64,000 nucleotides of DNA from Ophelia neglecta (Eukaryota). Shown here one piece after another: positions 39,267 through 53,064 of the stretch (position 1 is the stretch's first letter; every line of letters starts with the position of its first letter). The DNA lies in contig OZ260664.1 of the NCBI GenBank assembly GCA_965285935.1, forward strand, positions 64,356,001 through 64,420,000, written 5' to 3'. A program made the position numbers and the translations under genes. The notes beneath the pieces were generated by a model that saw only the letters and a program-made list of their open reading frames with translations, was not told the DNA's origin and ran no database searches.

Positions 39267-40430
39267 AACCCTGGCCTCTGACACTAAATGAAGCCCACCT
39301 CAAGCTTTGATCCGGAGAGCCATAACTTTAATCAGCTTGAAGACCTGCTATCAATTTTAATTCCATGGTATTATGCCAAGAACGTTCAGTTTAAAAAAGC
39401 AATTAATTGTATTGTATGGAGATGGAGTGTTATGGAGGGGTTTGGCTAGTGCTGAGGAGACTGATAATCCCATATTTGGATGTGTCTTGAGTGTGTAGAT
39501 CAGGGGTCTGATGACAGCTCATCAATCAGACAGACAGTGGGAGCCTCCTACAACTGTCCTGAGCACAACACACCACCACCACACACTCCACTGAATCATT
39601 GTCTTCTCCATCACTAGATCACTGCCCCACTGAGAAACAGAGAAATGGAGTGCAGGCCCAGACAAAGGCCTCTATATGGCTCTACAAGGACTGGACACAG
39701 GCCAGTTAACTAGAGCAGGCAGCCCATCAGTTGATGAGCCGGCCAGGCTGATGCAGCACACAAGCCCTGACATGTATCATATCAGTGTGTTAGTCTTATC
39801 ACCTGTACCCAGTATTGGGCACTACAAAGGATTCACAACATGATCTGATCAATTCAATATGCAGTGGCCAAAACCAATCTAGCTCATGATCCAATACAGA
39901 GAGCACATTTAACTTTAGAGAGTGATTGTCAGACGAGATTGTGTTTGCAAATATGGAAGAATATTATTGTCCTGGCAAATGTGTCACAATTTCAAACAAA
40001 AACTAATAAAATATCTTCCTGGATTTGTGCTGAAAATCATGAAAGACCGTAAAACATCAGGAATGTGATCAGCTGTCATGGATCACGGTCCAGAGTTTAT
40101 TGACAAGCCTGTCTGGGCTATTGTCAGAATAGTCATTTACCATGTTCTCCAAATATCAGGCCATCCCAAAAAGACAAATCAAACAAAGCTTTAAATCAAT
40201 TGTCTTGTAATGACCACCACTGTGTCATATTTCACCATTAGCAAATGTTGAAATGCAAAAATCACGTCCAAAATGAGTCAAATTTCCTGGAGATGGCATT
40301 GGGCAAACACAATATCAAATGTATGGGTCAAATATTAAATCCTGACCAAGTGGAATGCAAATGGAGAAATGTGAACTTAAAACACAGACAGTGTTCTCCT
40401 AGCATTGGTCAATTTGTTATACACATATAT

Positions 40431-40643
40431 TAGAATTATTCTGGGGTGTTCTGCCCAGTTCACTTTTTAGAGAAAGATGTGGGTCATAATCTAACTCTGA
40501 TCCCTTGGAAGGGACCACCTTCTCCATTAGTTGCCCTCCTATAGCCAAAGAGGGCAAGCCATAGAGAGGAGGGTCCATTTCAAGGGGAATATAGTCCAGT
40601 TATGATGGGTGTGAAAGTGGGCATCACCACTGAGAATAGTTCT
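40431..40643. mobile_element. Palindromic foldback/MITE-like element, copy 2
   Basis: tagaattattctggggtgttctgccca ... cccttggaagggacc..ttgccctc/gagggcaa..gggtccatttcaaggg ... aagtgggcatcaccactgagaatagttct. Confidence 0.68.
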
Positions 40644-40954
40644 CTATGATTTGCCCTCCACCTTGGGAGGAGACAGGGACCTCCCTGGGAGGAGACAGGG
40701 ACCGGAGACCAGGGTTGGTGTACTAAAAAACAGAGTCGGACATGGCATCTACAATATGAACATGATCTGAGCACCAATAGATAGTGTAAAGCGTCCCAAA
40801 ACACTCCACGCACCACCAGGCTTACAGCTTCAATCAAACAAGTAGTATGGGATAAACAGATTCTCACTTAGACTCTAATTATGATACCTGGATTCTATTC
40901 CAACTGATACATCAAATCAGTAAAGTGGGCAGTGCCATCAATAATGATTCTACA

Positions 40955-41201
40955 GGAACCAGTCCTGTTTTTAGACTAGCTGAGAACGTGGTTCATCTGG
41001 AACCAGTCCTGTTTTTTAGACTAGCTGAGAACGTGGTTCATCTGGAACCAGTCCTGTTTTTAGACTAGCTGAGAACGTGGTTCATCTGGAACCAGTCCTG
41101 TTTTTTAGACTAGCTGAGAACGTGGTTCATCTGGAACCAGTCCTGTTTTTTAGACTAGCTGAGAACGTGGTTCATCTGGAACCAGTCCTGTTTTTTTAGA
41201 C
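40955..41201. repeat. 44-45-bp tandem repeat x5.5 (GGAACCAGTCCTG T5-7 AGACTAGCTGAGAACGTGGTTCATCT)
   Basis: Units start at 40955, 40999, 41044, 41088, 41133 and 41178; identical except for T-run length. Confidence 0.96.
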
Positions 41202-44200
41202 TTACCACCGCATTCACATGTACATTCATTCGTCAATTTAAACGATAAACATTTAGCAATATTTTTGCCCTAAAACTTTTAAGTGATGAGCTTTTCTCCA
41301 CCAACTAATCAAGATAAGGTCACTCAATACATTAAATCTTGTCAGTCTTTTCTAAATACTGCATAACTGAGGGTAATTTACATTCCGGGTCAAAATCTGT
41401 TTTTTCTTCTTTCAAACTCACAAGGCTGATCAGATGAGGCTGGAGGTGGAAACTGTGCACTTTTATCTAGAAGATGTGAAGACTAAATTCTACCATGAAC
41501 CATCAATCTAATTAGCTGTACTTATTTACCTATAATTCTAGGAAAAGCCTTCATGAATGTGGCCCTGCCATCACAATCATGACAGGCATTGGTATACTGC
41601 ACCCAAGCCAGTAATGAAGTCTGCTCTAATGTTTAAACTCATAACTTGACAGCACTTGGAGACTGACAAATATTTATTGCACAATTAAGCCTCTCAGACA
41701 GTTCTGCTCCACTTGCTGGAGCCAGGAATTAATTGGCAAGGGACAACTAAAATCCACACAGAGCCTCACAGCTGTGTCCGGAAATGGGCTAAGAGGATGC
41801 TTGTGTTTTAATTACCCCCAACTTGAGATGTGCAAATTCTCCAAGCTACATCTTCCTCAAGGTGTGTGGTATCCTTTAAGAATGGATCAATGGCAAGGGC
41901 AAACTTATTATTTTTTCTCATCAACTTTTAACTCAGACATCAGACTCTTAACCGATACACTAATAAAAGCATACAATCTTGTTGGTATTTCTATCAGCAA
42001 CGGCTGTAACTTTTTTAAACTAGAAACATTACACTGGTGGCAAAAAATGACACCTGATTGCTTGGCAGTACGTTATACTCTGGTGTAGTCTTGCATGAAA
42101 TTAGGCCTAATGTGTTTTTGTAGGTACAACAGGAAGGCTAAATCATTCTAAATTCTTTTGAGATAAAAATGCAGACTGCATTTGTGACACTTTCTGCTTT
42201 GAATATTCCATTCTGATGGCTTAGAAAAAGTTCACACATATCATGTTTCTACATCACTAATCATTTTAACAGGTAATATATACATGTACTGGCGGAATTA
42301 GGGCTGGGAGCACAGGGGTATGTATGCCCCCTCGTGTCTATCCCACAAGTTGCTCCAGAGAGTCATCATTCTTGGGGCTAGACCCCCAAACCTTGCCCCA
42401 AGAAACGATAATGATCTCAAAACCCCCAAGTGTAGTCTGCCTACCCCGTAATGAAAAAGCTAGAACAGCCCCTGTCTCGGGCAATCACCTGTCACTGAAG
42501 GACACATAGCACAGTCTATATTAACTTAAATCTCAACTCCAAGTGACTTCAAAGGACTCTACATGTCTCTATTTACTTGTTGGGGTGTCAACTTAAACAT
42601 ATCATCTGATATTAAGTTAGATTGAAGGTCTAATATCAGCAAATTTTCACCTGATATTTGTACAAGACCCTCTGTGTACAGAAGAAAAGGGCAAGGTTAA
42701 GTTGTATAGGGGTCTTAATAACTCTGACCCATGGGCTATTCAAATGTCATATCCTGCCTACTCCACTATTTCTACAATTCAAACTCTAACAGAAAGGTTC
42801 TTCAAACACCACCATTGTTATATCAAAAGAGAAGGCAATATACAGCTTTATCAGGGAGTAAAGAGCGCTGAAGGACTGCCCATGAAAAGCCCACCGGGTT
42901 GTGGGCCAGCCGAAAGCCAAGCATTGACTACAAACAGTGTGGACACATTTTGAATCTAATCCGGTCCTTTTATATACTTCTACTTTCTTTGAAGAGTTTG
43001 CACATGTCAGTGATACAGTATATAAAGAGAGCAATCCAGCATCTATTACAGTACTAACCCCACCACCCTGTAAACTAGATCTTTGTATATATACACACAA
43101 TAGACTAACTTACAGCATTGATAAATAAAACCTCCTTTATCAGACTCCCATGATTCACTTGGTGTGCAGGTGGCCGGCCACAGGGGCACAGCGGCCTCAA
43201 CACATGCATAGCTACATATCCTACATCAACATGTAGCTGTTGATACAGTATACTCACGGAAAATTCAGCTTGAAAAAATAATCTCTGCCAATAGATATAT
43301 GAGATTTGCTGATATAAATAAAGGAACTATGATATTGTGGGTGAATTTGCTCAGGTGCAGGCATCTCTCACTCAATTTGCCTGGTAGCAAGAAGTCAGTT
43401 TGAGCTGTTGCCTTTTCCTTGATCAAGCAGGCAGCTAGCTCAATGTATGATGCATAAACTTGGGGCCATTTACATTAATATGTGTAAGTATGACTGCTGT
43501 TGGCTACTGTCAGGTGTCGATGGAATAAATCTGTGTTTTTTCAGGTAAAGTGGCTTTCCTTCCATAGGGCAGGTGTGGTTCAAGAAGCTCAGAGAGGCCC
43601 TGGTGGCAAACCAGAGGATACATAACCTGCCTGGTGGATGACAAGGATGATAGTTTACAGGTATCATGCCCACATCGTCATCGCCTGCAGGTGTGTCTTC
43701 ATGTACCTGATCAAAACCTGAACAAGTCACATCACAAGCTGTCAACTGATGAACCAAGGTTCCAGAAATTAAGAAAATAAAATCCTTCTCACATACTGAT
43801 GGGCATTAATACAATTTTAATTTCATTGCAATCAATCTAAGAACAGGCATGCCAGTCCTAAAGCTAAGATAAACAGTGTTTTTTAACCAACAACAACCAA
43901 CAAAAGCAGTTTCTTAAACGTAGCTTCCAGAATATCCCTGGGAAGGAGAAGTTACATGTACAAGTAAATGACAGTAAACTGGAATCTCCAATTTTTTTTC
44001 AACAGCAAACAATAGGCACTATGTATATAAAACAAGGAAAGACAGTTCACCTAGTATGACATTTTATATAAATATATACTAGAGGCAATTTGAGATGGTA
44101 TAATGGTGATGCTTTCATGGGTAATTTGAGCAGAACTGTGTTTTGTCAGGTAGATAATAGCCGTGCGTCTGGCTGATCCTATAATAGCCAGGTCAATGTT

Positions 44201-47200
44201 GAGTATTATACCTGGGACAAAGCCGGTCAATGGGTAAATCCTTAATGCCATCATTACAGACAAGTAGGTAAAAACACAGGCCGCCCCAGTTAGACATGCA
44301 AAGCCTCCAATCAGAGGGACAGCTCCCGGGGTAACCAGCACTGTATAGCTATGCTCCCAGACAATTCTCTTGTAACAGTCGATTTACAACAAATTTATCC
44401 AGGAGAAAACCAGGTACATACAAGCTAGACAAGCAGGCGGCATTATTCTACCATGGCATGGTTTTGTACTTGAGTACACTGTCTCCAAGGCTTTCTGCGC
44501 CATGAAATATGCAGACGGATATATACATGTACATGTAGAAAAGCCAGACGCCATGGCGCCTGCCCAAATGGATCAGCAGGTATCAGAGAAGATTCCATAT
44601 TAATGTATGACATGATGTGAGTTGGTACATGTACAATGATGGCTGGGGAAACATCAGAGTGGAAGCCTTCTACAATCAATTCTTTATCAAAGGCCAACTT
44701 GCTGGGTAAAACATGACAATGGAGCAAATCACAGCAGGTATCAGAAAATCTGAAGGTTTTTTGTCTGAAAGATGGCAACCAACTGTGAGATCTAATTGAA
44801 AAGTTGGCTTGACAAGATGAAACTTCATATAATAAATTGAAGTAAAGCTTTCAAACACTACTTAGATGTTTTGAAAGTAATCATCTTAACAAAAAAAATG
44901 CATTTCAAAGAAAATTATTTTTATTTCTATTCTAAAGGTTCCCTGTGCACACAACCAAGATCAGGACTAGTGAAGCTTCATTAATTTTAGTGTTCTACTA
45001 ACAACTCACAAAATGACATCCTAAGTGGTAATTAAATCTGTGCTTTAAAATTTAATAAATGCAAGAATGGCAGTTGAATTTGAGAAGGGTGTGCTGTAAT
45101 AGTTTTTAAACTATGGCCTGATTACTTTAACAATTTTGTAAAGCTTGGTCTCAGCGGCTAGGTGATGATAGTAATTACAGATACAGACTTGTGATAGTAA
45201 TAATCTGGTCATCTACAACCAATGCTACTTGCCTACCTATTATTAGTGTATTCATCTTTAGGGAGGGGTGACTGGGCAAACTGCAAGCGAGCACATACAC
45301 ACATTTTGTCTATTCATTGTCTGTTGGTCTCGGAGACGGTTTGCCCAGGGTGGAGGTGGTACAGGGTGGGGGTTAGGGCAGGGTAAATGGCCTGACCTCT
45401 AACATTTTATGTTCAGGAGGCTCCATCACATTCATCAATCCATATATCACCTTAATCTGAGAACTTAAACACAGACCACAATAAATACAACATAATTGGG
45501 GATTTAAAGGCTTATTGGGTTTTGATAATGTGTTGTTTGCCTGCATTTAACCTGTCAACTGTGCGATTGTGTTTCACTTTCAAGCTGCAGATGGCCAGAT
45601 AGGCTTGTTCAAAGTCCCCGAGCAATGGTGTGCACCATCGACCATGTCACTGCTACGCCTTTCAGCATATCATTAAACTTAATTAAAACTGTGGCCACTC
45701 TAATCAAACCTGTCACAGGTTAAAAATGACTTTCATGTTGCTCCCAATGAAAGGTGGCTTAGAAGGAACTCAGTTTAACCGAGGATGACAAACAAGCGCA
45801 TGCCCATGACTGGGCAATATGTAATTCATGGAAAAATAGAAGTGGGCTTTTAGAACATCATGCGATATTGAGTTATTGTCTAGATATAAAGCTATACTGT
45901 GTCCTCCACTACACAATCTGATGTTCCATTCCCATTTATCTTCATTCAGACAATACAGGCTTTCATGCTTAAAGAGTTGGCCATGAAATACATAGAATCT
46001 CAGCACTGACTATTCATTTTCCCAAGGACTCCTATGATTCGCCTGTAAATGTCATTTAACCAGTTGCACAGTCTAGCAGTGCTCAGGATATTACACAGAT
46101 AACAGGACCTTCACCAATAGCATTGTCACAAAGATATCACTGCAATTCTCAGATGACCTTTGAAATAAAGGAATGAAATGAAGGAAATCAAGGATGAACA
46201 AAACCCCGCTAGATGAGAGAAAGAGAACACAGAACGTGTGAAGGGGACTGTCGTCGCCATTTCTCAACAAGTTTCATGACAATTGCTGCAAATAGAGCTT
46301 ATTTGATAAACCAGGTCCATTACGGGCACTCCAATTGTGAAAAAATGCATGTAACATGTGCTATGGGTTTTCTGATAGGGCAGCAGCACATGTGAAAACC
46401 TCACAAACAATAGACAATGCCTACTGATTTTGTACATGCTTCAACAACAAACTGTTCTGGACAATCAATTCCTGGCACAATTAGAGACACTGGTAGGGTT
46501 ACAAAGGCATCATCTCTGGGAAGAGAGGAATTCATTGTTTTGTAAAGTGAAATGCAAGAAGCAGATGGACTGGTCACATGCATGTTAATGAAGGAGAAAT
46601 ACAAGTATCCTATGCCATATGCCACATGCCTATTGTTCAGCTTGTCATTTACATATAGATAGAGCAGCATTTTTATGAAAAGAGTTTACACCATACATTC
46701 TCAAGCGATATTGATATTCTGCATAAATTTCATTTAGTTATATAGTGAATCATGCCTATGTATTTGTAGATTAACCTCTTAGACACCTGTCAGTCAGTGG
46801 TGCCTCACCCTGTTGTCAAGACAACCATTGATTATTCTGACCACTGAGGAGAGTAGGAGTATTAACCCAGGGGGTCTCGGGAACTTTAAAGGCCCATGGG
46901 GTTTTGTCAGAGTAACAGATGGATAATGCATGAGCACTGAAATTCTGGTCCAAGCCTTCCTCATATTTCCAGGTGTATGAAGATAGGCCGTGACAGGTAG
47001 TCAAATAAGCTCATTGATATATGATAAAATAAAGAGCACTTCTAAGATAGAGGCAGACGCATCCTGATGATGAGAAAAGCATGTGTGGGTGGAAAGACTG
47101 TTTTAAACATTTGAACAAATCGCCACACAACATATGCGTAGCTAGCTAACTAGGCAGGTTATTTGTCTAAATACTCGCTCCCCCCTGACTCCCCCCAAGG

Positions 47201-50200
47201 TGAGTTGATACATGTAACAGTGTATGTGTGAGGTACCCTGCAGTGGTGATAGGTTCAGTTGCGCCGTGTGTCTGTCATCCCCAATCCACCACCGTAAACA
47301 CCCCCCTGTATCAGGGCCTGGGCCTCAGCCCTGTCCTAGACAGGCACACCCTCTCCTCTTCTATCACTCAACTCCTGTTTAAACAACATCTATCCTGCTT
47401 ATATCACCCTTTCTGACAACCCCTAACTGTTTTTCTAATTTCCAGTATTATGATAAGTTTTTCAGTGAGGTAATACACTCCCAACCGCTGTTTTTTGAGT
47501 AGAAGACAAGATGTTTGGTTTGGAACATTGCCGATACTGATGGAAATCTTAGGGTAATTTCACCTGGAGAGGAGATAAGCTTGCCCAACCATCCACTTCT
47601 TGCTCTGCGCAGCCATCACTTGTGTTAAGTCTAACACACGGTATGTTTAAATGCCCCTCCATGTTTAATGCTCCTCCCTATCATAAAATACACATATAAA
47701 TGGATTTACTTCAGGGTTTCCGTTAACTTATTTTTTTACGATCTGTCTCAGCCGGAAAGATGAAACAACAAACAAGTTCATGCCTGCGCTTGGTAAGATG
47801 ATCTCTAATTACCAAATTATGTTCAATTTTTTTCACGAATTGACTTAAAGAAAACAGTTTAGAGTGATTGAGATTATCAGGCGATTTATTTGACTAAGTC
47901 AAGTGGTGAACAGATCAATCAATCTTATCAGGCGGTATGCTGTCTTCGCTGCTCAGATGCTGTTTATCGATCTGGGCAACTATCAGGACTATGGCAAAAG
48001 TTACCCAAAATACCAAGGTAACAGTTGGAGAAATAGCTATTTTTTGTGTACCTGGCCCCACCAGTTTCTATGGTCGCCATGACAGCAGGAAGCTATCAGG
48101 GAAAGACAGATGTTGGCTGGTCACTATGGGAGGTCTCCATGGAAACCAGGAGTTAGAGAGCCACCAATACATAGGTAAGATGCTGGGGACAGCAGTAGTC
48201 CATACCCTGCTTACAGGGGTCCCATTGAGGGTGGGGTGATACAATATTCCATAATACACCAGGTATTACAGATATCTCTGGTATCACCCCAGCACCCAGG
48301 TGATAGGTGCTACCAGAACATGGTCACCCCTTTCGTGCCAACAACATTCTCCATGCCATTCTCCAAGCCCTACTCACATGATTCATATACACATGGATGT
48401 TCATTCATCAGTCACAATTCTATTTCATGAATAGCAAGATGAAAAAACAGAAAAAAAACACCAAAAAGAGTTTAATGATATATACTGTGTGAACAGAGCA
48501 TGTCGTCTGTGTACTAGATAAGTCTTTCAGTTTTGTTATAATAATAGTTTTACAGTGTATAGATCCTGCAGAGACCTGATCCCACATGACCTTAGCCCAG
48601 CGTGATAGTAACATATAGCACTCATGGCCCAGGTTAAAATCTTCCACTTCACTAATTATCAATGTTGTTTTTTCTGATGTATCTGCTGAGTTGAAAGCCC
48701 GTTACTTTATTTCCTGAGGTCACAGGTCACAGGTTACTCAGGTTATTTATATTGGTGGGTGAATCACCAAGTGAAAGGCAGCGATCATTAACATCAAAGT
48801 GCTATGTCACCACCCAATAGTCTCCACACAAAAGAAAAACCTTGATTTCAGCATCATTTGCTTCCGTCAATCATTGAGGACTCTCCATATACAGACATCA
48901 TAGAGACCATACGATACTGCCTCAGCTAATATAGACTGAACGATACCTCCCCAAGGCTTATTTACTCAATATTCTGTCTCATCACCAAAGATTAATATCA
49001 ACATGATGGAGAGGAACATGTAATTTTGTTAATAGTAGACACACAATATAATCACATGGGTATTTAAATGCCAATAAGAGAACACTGTGGCTGTTTTCAC
49101 TACCAAGTATTGGTGTGGTGTAATGTACTCAAATGATTAGGTTCTACAAGCTCAAGGCATTGCTCATATCGCCACACTGATGTTGATCATTGGGACATTA
49201 TTAATCAGGTGTGTCATCTCACTTATACTACTTTATATATACATATATATATATACTAGGGATATGTGCAGGATGTGCCAGGTGGCGGGCTCAGGGGCTG
49301 GCTAGATGGGCTCAATGCCGTCTGCTTGGCAATCATCCTGGTTCCCATGACAATGTCATATATACTGTGGCCATGATTGCAGCGCTGCACTCAATCGATC
49401 ATGTATAATGATCCCCAATGAAGTAAACACTAAATTGCTCTTTCCACCGATTGTGACAATTTCTATCAAATTATTGCTGCTTAATACAGGTGGCTTGGCC
49501 AAATAAACGTAATTTGCATGGCTGAGCACGAATAATACAAAATTTGAACCATATTGGTTTTAACCGCCTACCATGTGCCCCACCACTTCACTATTGCAAA
49601 ATAAAAGTAAAGAACTGCCATTCTCATTGTAGCTATTTCTAATCAAGCCCAGGGCTAGACAACACCAATAATACTGGTCTGCCTGAATGAGAATTTCAGT
49701 GAGTGTTCATTTAAACTGAGTTGATAGTTGAGACAGTTCAATGTGGTTGATCAGCTCTGGTGCCATGCTACACACCGTCTGGGAGGAGGAGAGGGTGCTG
49801 GCTAGGTCTTAGGAGCTGTCCCTGAAGGCACCCTGGACGAACCCGTCTCTGTTATCAGCCTCCCTCAGCCAACTATATAATCCCTCTCCTAATGATATTG
49901 TGAATTTTTAAAGACACAGAACAAGAATATCGGAGTCTGATCTGTTAAAACTGATATGAAATGAGCTAACTATTAGGTGAAGAATCAATACTACTAGTAA
50001 TACAGTCAATTTCACTCTTCTTAGAAACAAACCAAGTGTTTTTTGATGATTGGCTAAAGCCTAAGAGAATTTGGTTAAATTGAATAAAGCTCCTGCGAAT
50101 GTAGCTGAGGAGATTTTTCGACTCCAATCCACTCTATTAACTGAAGCTTTGTTTTAAGCACACATGTAGCTTTATAAAGGTACCGAGAGGGGAGTAGTGA

Positions 50201-52933
50201 TTGCAGACCATATAAGGGAGATGATTCATATCTGACCAGTCCAAAACCACTACCTGCCATACATGTGTGCACAATGCTCTGGCCAAACAAGAAAGAGATC
50301 AAAATGGTGCCATAACCAAACAAGTCTCCAGTGTGCACGGCACCTACATCGATTTGCCTTAAGCCCTCCTCAGTTGAGTATGCAGGCCAGGCTTCTAGCC
50401 AGCCCAGAATACATACTTTCCATCAGAACCAATTCATCAGGAAACAAATTTGTGTAAATTACAACCAATCAAGAGGGTCCTATGTATGGCATATCAAGTC
50501 TTAGCCTCCTCTTGAGGATGCCCACAACTCATACATACTGTTTCGCTTCAATTATAGCTGAGCTATTCCAGTAAGGCGGCATTTTGCTTACAAATTTAGT
50601 TACAATGCTCTCCATGTACTTCAAAGGGGACTTATCTTATGGAATCCCAGTTTTGGTAGGCCTCCATAGGATGGAGCAAACTAGATTCAATTGCCTGAGG
50701 AAATGCAGCTTTTTTATCACAATCTCAATATAATGGTCCATTGAAATGCCTGGTGACAAATGTCCTCAGCTAGCCTGGAATTGGCCAGTGCCACCATTCT
50801 ACATGTCCAGCCCTGTATTCTGTATGGCAGGGAAACCTTAATGAGCAATGTGCCACATTTTCTGCTTCATTACCTTGGTAGCTAGCCTATCCTCAGGGCA
50901 TTATGGGGGATTTGGTAACCCTGGTGATTGTGGGAAAAGAGGCTGCATATAAATGTCCAATGCTGTAAAAATGTCCAAGTACAGTGAAGTATGGGTCAGT
51001 GAACACATCCCAGGTCAGGCACATAGGAATTGGATTCTTTGGATGCTGGGAATGCAACACAATTGTATTGGTCCACCTCTACATTCATCATAGGATTGGC
51101 AGGTGGCAGTGGAAAATTGAATATACGTTGCCATGCCAAAATGCCAGGAATATCAAATATGAACCCAATATAAGCGCTGTATTTTCAGAGCAATCAATCA
51201 GACATAACGTTGAAGGGCGGTGGGAGCAGATGAACTAAATACTGAAAGTCCTATAGGGAATGTACCCAGCTCACAGTGTTTTTCGATCCACTCTTTTCTA
51301 CTAGCAGAATTCGGTACTATTTTGGTATCCAAGATGTTGGTACATTTATATCCTAAATTCTTCTAAACAAAAAAGAAAGAGTAGCTTGTGGTTATACAGA
51401 GTTTCATAGCCCAAAAATTTAGTTGTTTTCATAAATTATGCACTAGAATGATAATCAAGTCAACATTTACCAACAAGCTATAACATATGTTTTCCTCCAA
51501 TTTTTCATCCATGCCTATACTAACTATGTGTTTAGCCTAATACAATCCGGGCCCTGGCTCTAAGCCACCATCTCTGGTCATACACACCAGTAGTCAAATA
51601 TTTGGCATGAGCAGTGTATTACGGATCTCTCTAAAACCAAAAGCCAAATCAACATTTTTCTAGTCAACCTTTTTACTTGATGTTAAAAAAGTTTGAATCA
51701 AGATATCTGAATAGCCATATAAAACTCATCTGCTGGGTTTTAGGTACATTATTCAGGGTTTAACCCTGCCTGAAATGCTCCAAACTGTATTATGTCTTTC
51801 TAGATAGGCTAAATACACGTAGACAATAAATCATACTTGAACTCAATCCAGCCAGAGAACCTTCTCACTGACACTTGTACTCACTATGCAGACACAACCT
51901 TTCAACTTAATATTACTAGGTTTTACTGTGACATTTGACAAGATTCAGTCAGGGCACTCCTCTGTTTTCTCTTTTCAAGGTCGATTGAGCCTACTGCCTG
52001 TATATCAGTAAACTCAAGGCATCTCCTGTACAGTTTTGTTAAAACCGGGTGTGAATTTAGATAATAAGTGAGAGCCTGTAGCAGTTGAATTCAAGCAGAA
52101 CAGACAGTGTCATTTGTGATGGAATCCACAGCAGATTTTAAACTCTTTCATCAAGAGGGGATGTATGCTGGTGCTTTTCAGATCAAAACCACATTTGTGG
52201 TGTGCCCTACCATGGGGATACATATCAATAACAAACTGTTTCCAAATAATTATATCAGCACACAGCTGGTAGTAGCCAGTTAACCTCTGCCCCACCCAAT
52301 GTTACCTTACATATAATTAAGGCTAATTTGACTGCTGACTTCTAAATTATTGTCAAATCATTCCATAAAATGGGCAATGTTATCCCAGCATTCTACCAGA
52401 TGTATTACTTTCAGGCAAAACTGGCTCTTTAATATGTCAGACAAACTTTACACATTTCCACCCTTTGGCAAGAATCTGACACCTCAGTAACACAAGATTT
52501 TTATGAGATTCTAAAAGTGACGTTTGACCTACACACATGGACAACAAACCGAAGGCCGTAGCCAGAAGCATATCCTGACCAACTTTACATATGTAAAGAA
52601 TCCCAGGTAACAGATAGGGTGGGCATAGAAAAATAAAAAATCAAATCAAATAAGGTTGGCTATGAAAATACATACTCTGTTACTGGGCTTCATTCATAGA
52701 TACCGGTAGTCTCTGATTTGAGCAGATAGAATATGAGATGACAGTGATGGATGTTGCAGGGGGTTGAAGCAGGTTGAGATCAGGGAGGAGAAAGCAGATC
52801 CTGGGCTAACCACAAGGGGCTGATGTGTAAAGCAGTAGCCACAACCCAGGGCGGCTTGCAGAGCTTTCTGCTTGATTACCACAACACAGGGAAGACTCCA
52901 GGTAGAGGGTCCAGGTGAACCCTCTCACCTGGC

Positions 52934-53064
52934 GTCAGTGTGCAGGGCAGGGGGGCAGTGGTCTGGATACAGCTACTGTCAGTGTGCAGGGCAGGGGGGC
53001 TGTGGTCTGGATACAGCTACTGTCAGTGAGTAGGGCAGTAGGGCTACAGTATGCACACAGCTAC
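52934..53064. repeat. 44-bp tandem repeat, 2 near-perfect copies + 1 decayed copy
   Basis: gtcagtgtgcagggcaggggggc(a/t)gtggtctggatacagctact. Confidence 0.9.

Noticed and set aside
40955-41201. CRISPR-like regular repeats (also 30067-30317)
   Set aside because: No unique spacers, no cas genes, and a eukaryotic intron context; these are plain tandem repeats.
42286-42474. Possible degenerate GGCGGA...GCCCCTG-type MITE
   Set aside because: Termini too diverged and only one copy seen.
48051-48080. Kozak ATG mini-exon MATIETGGAR|gtacac as first exon
   Set aside because: Ends in phase 2, incompatible with the phase-1 Ig1 exon, and is not hydrophobic.
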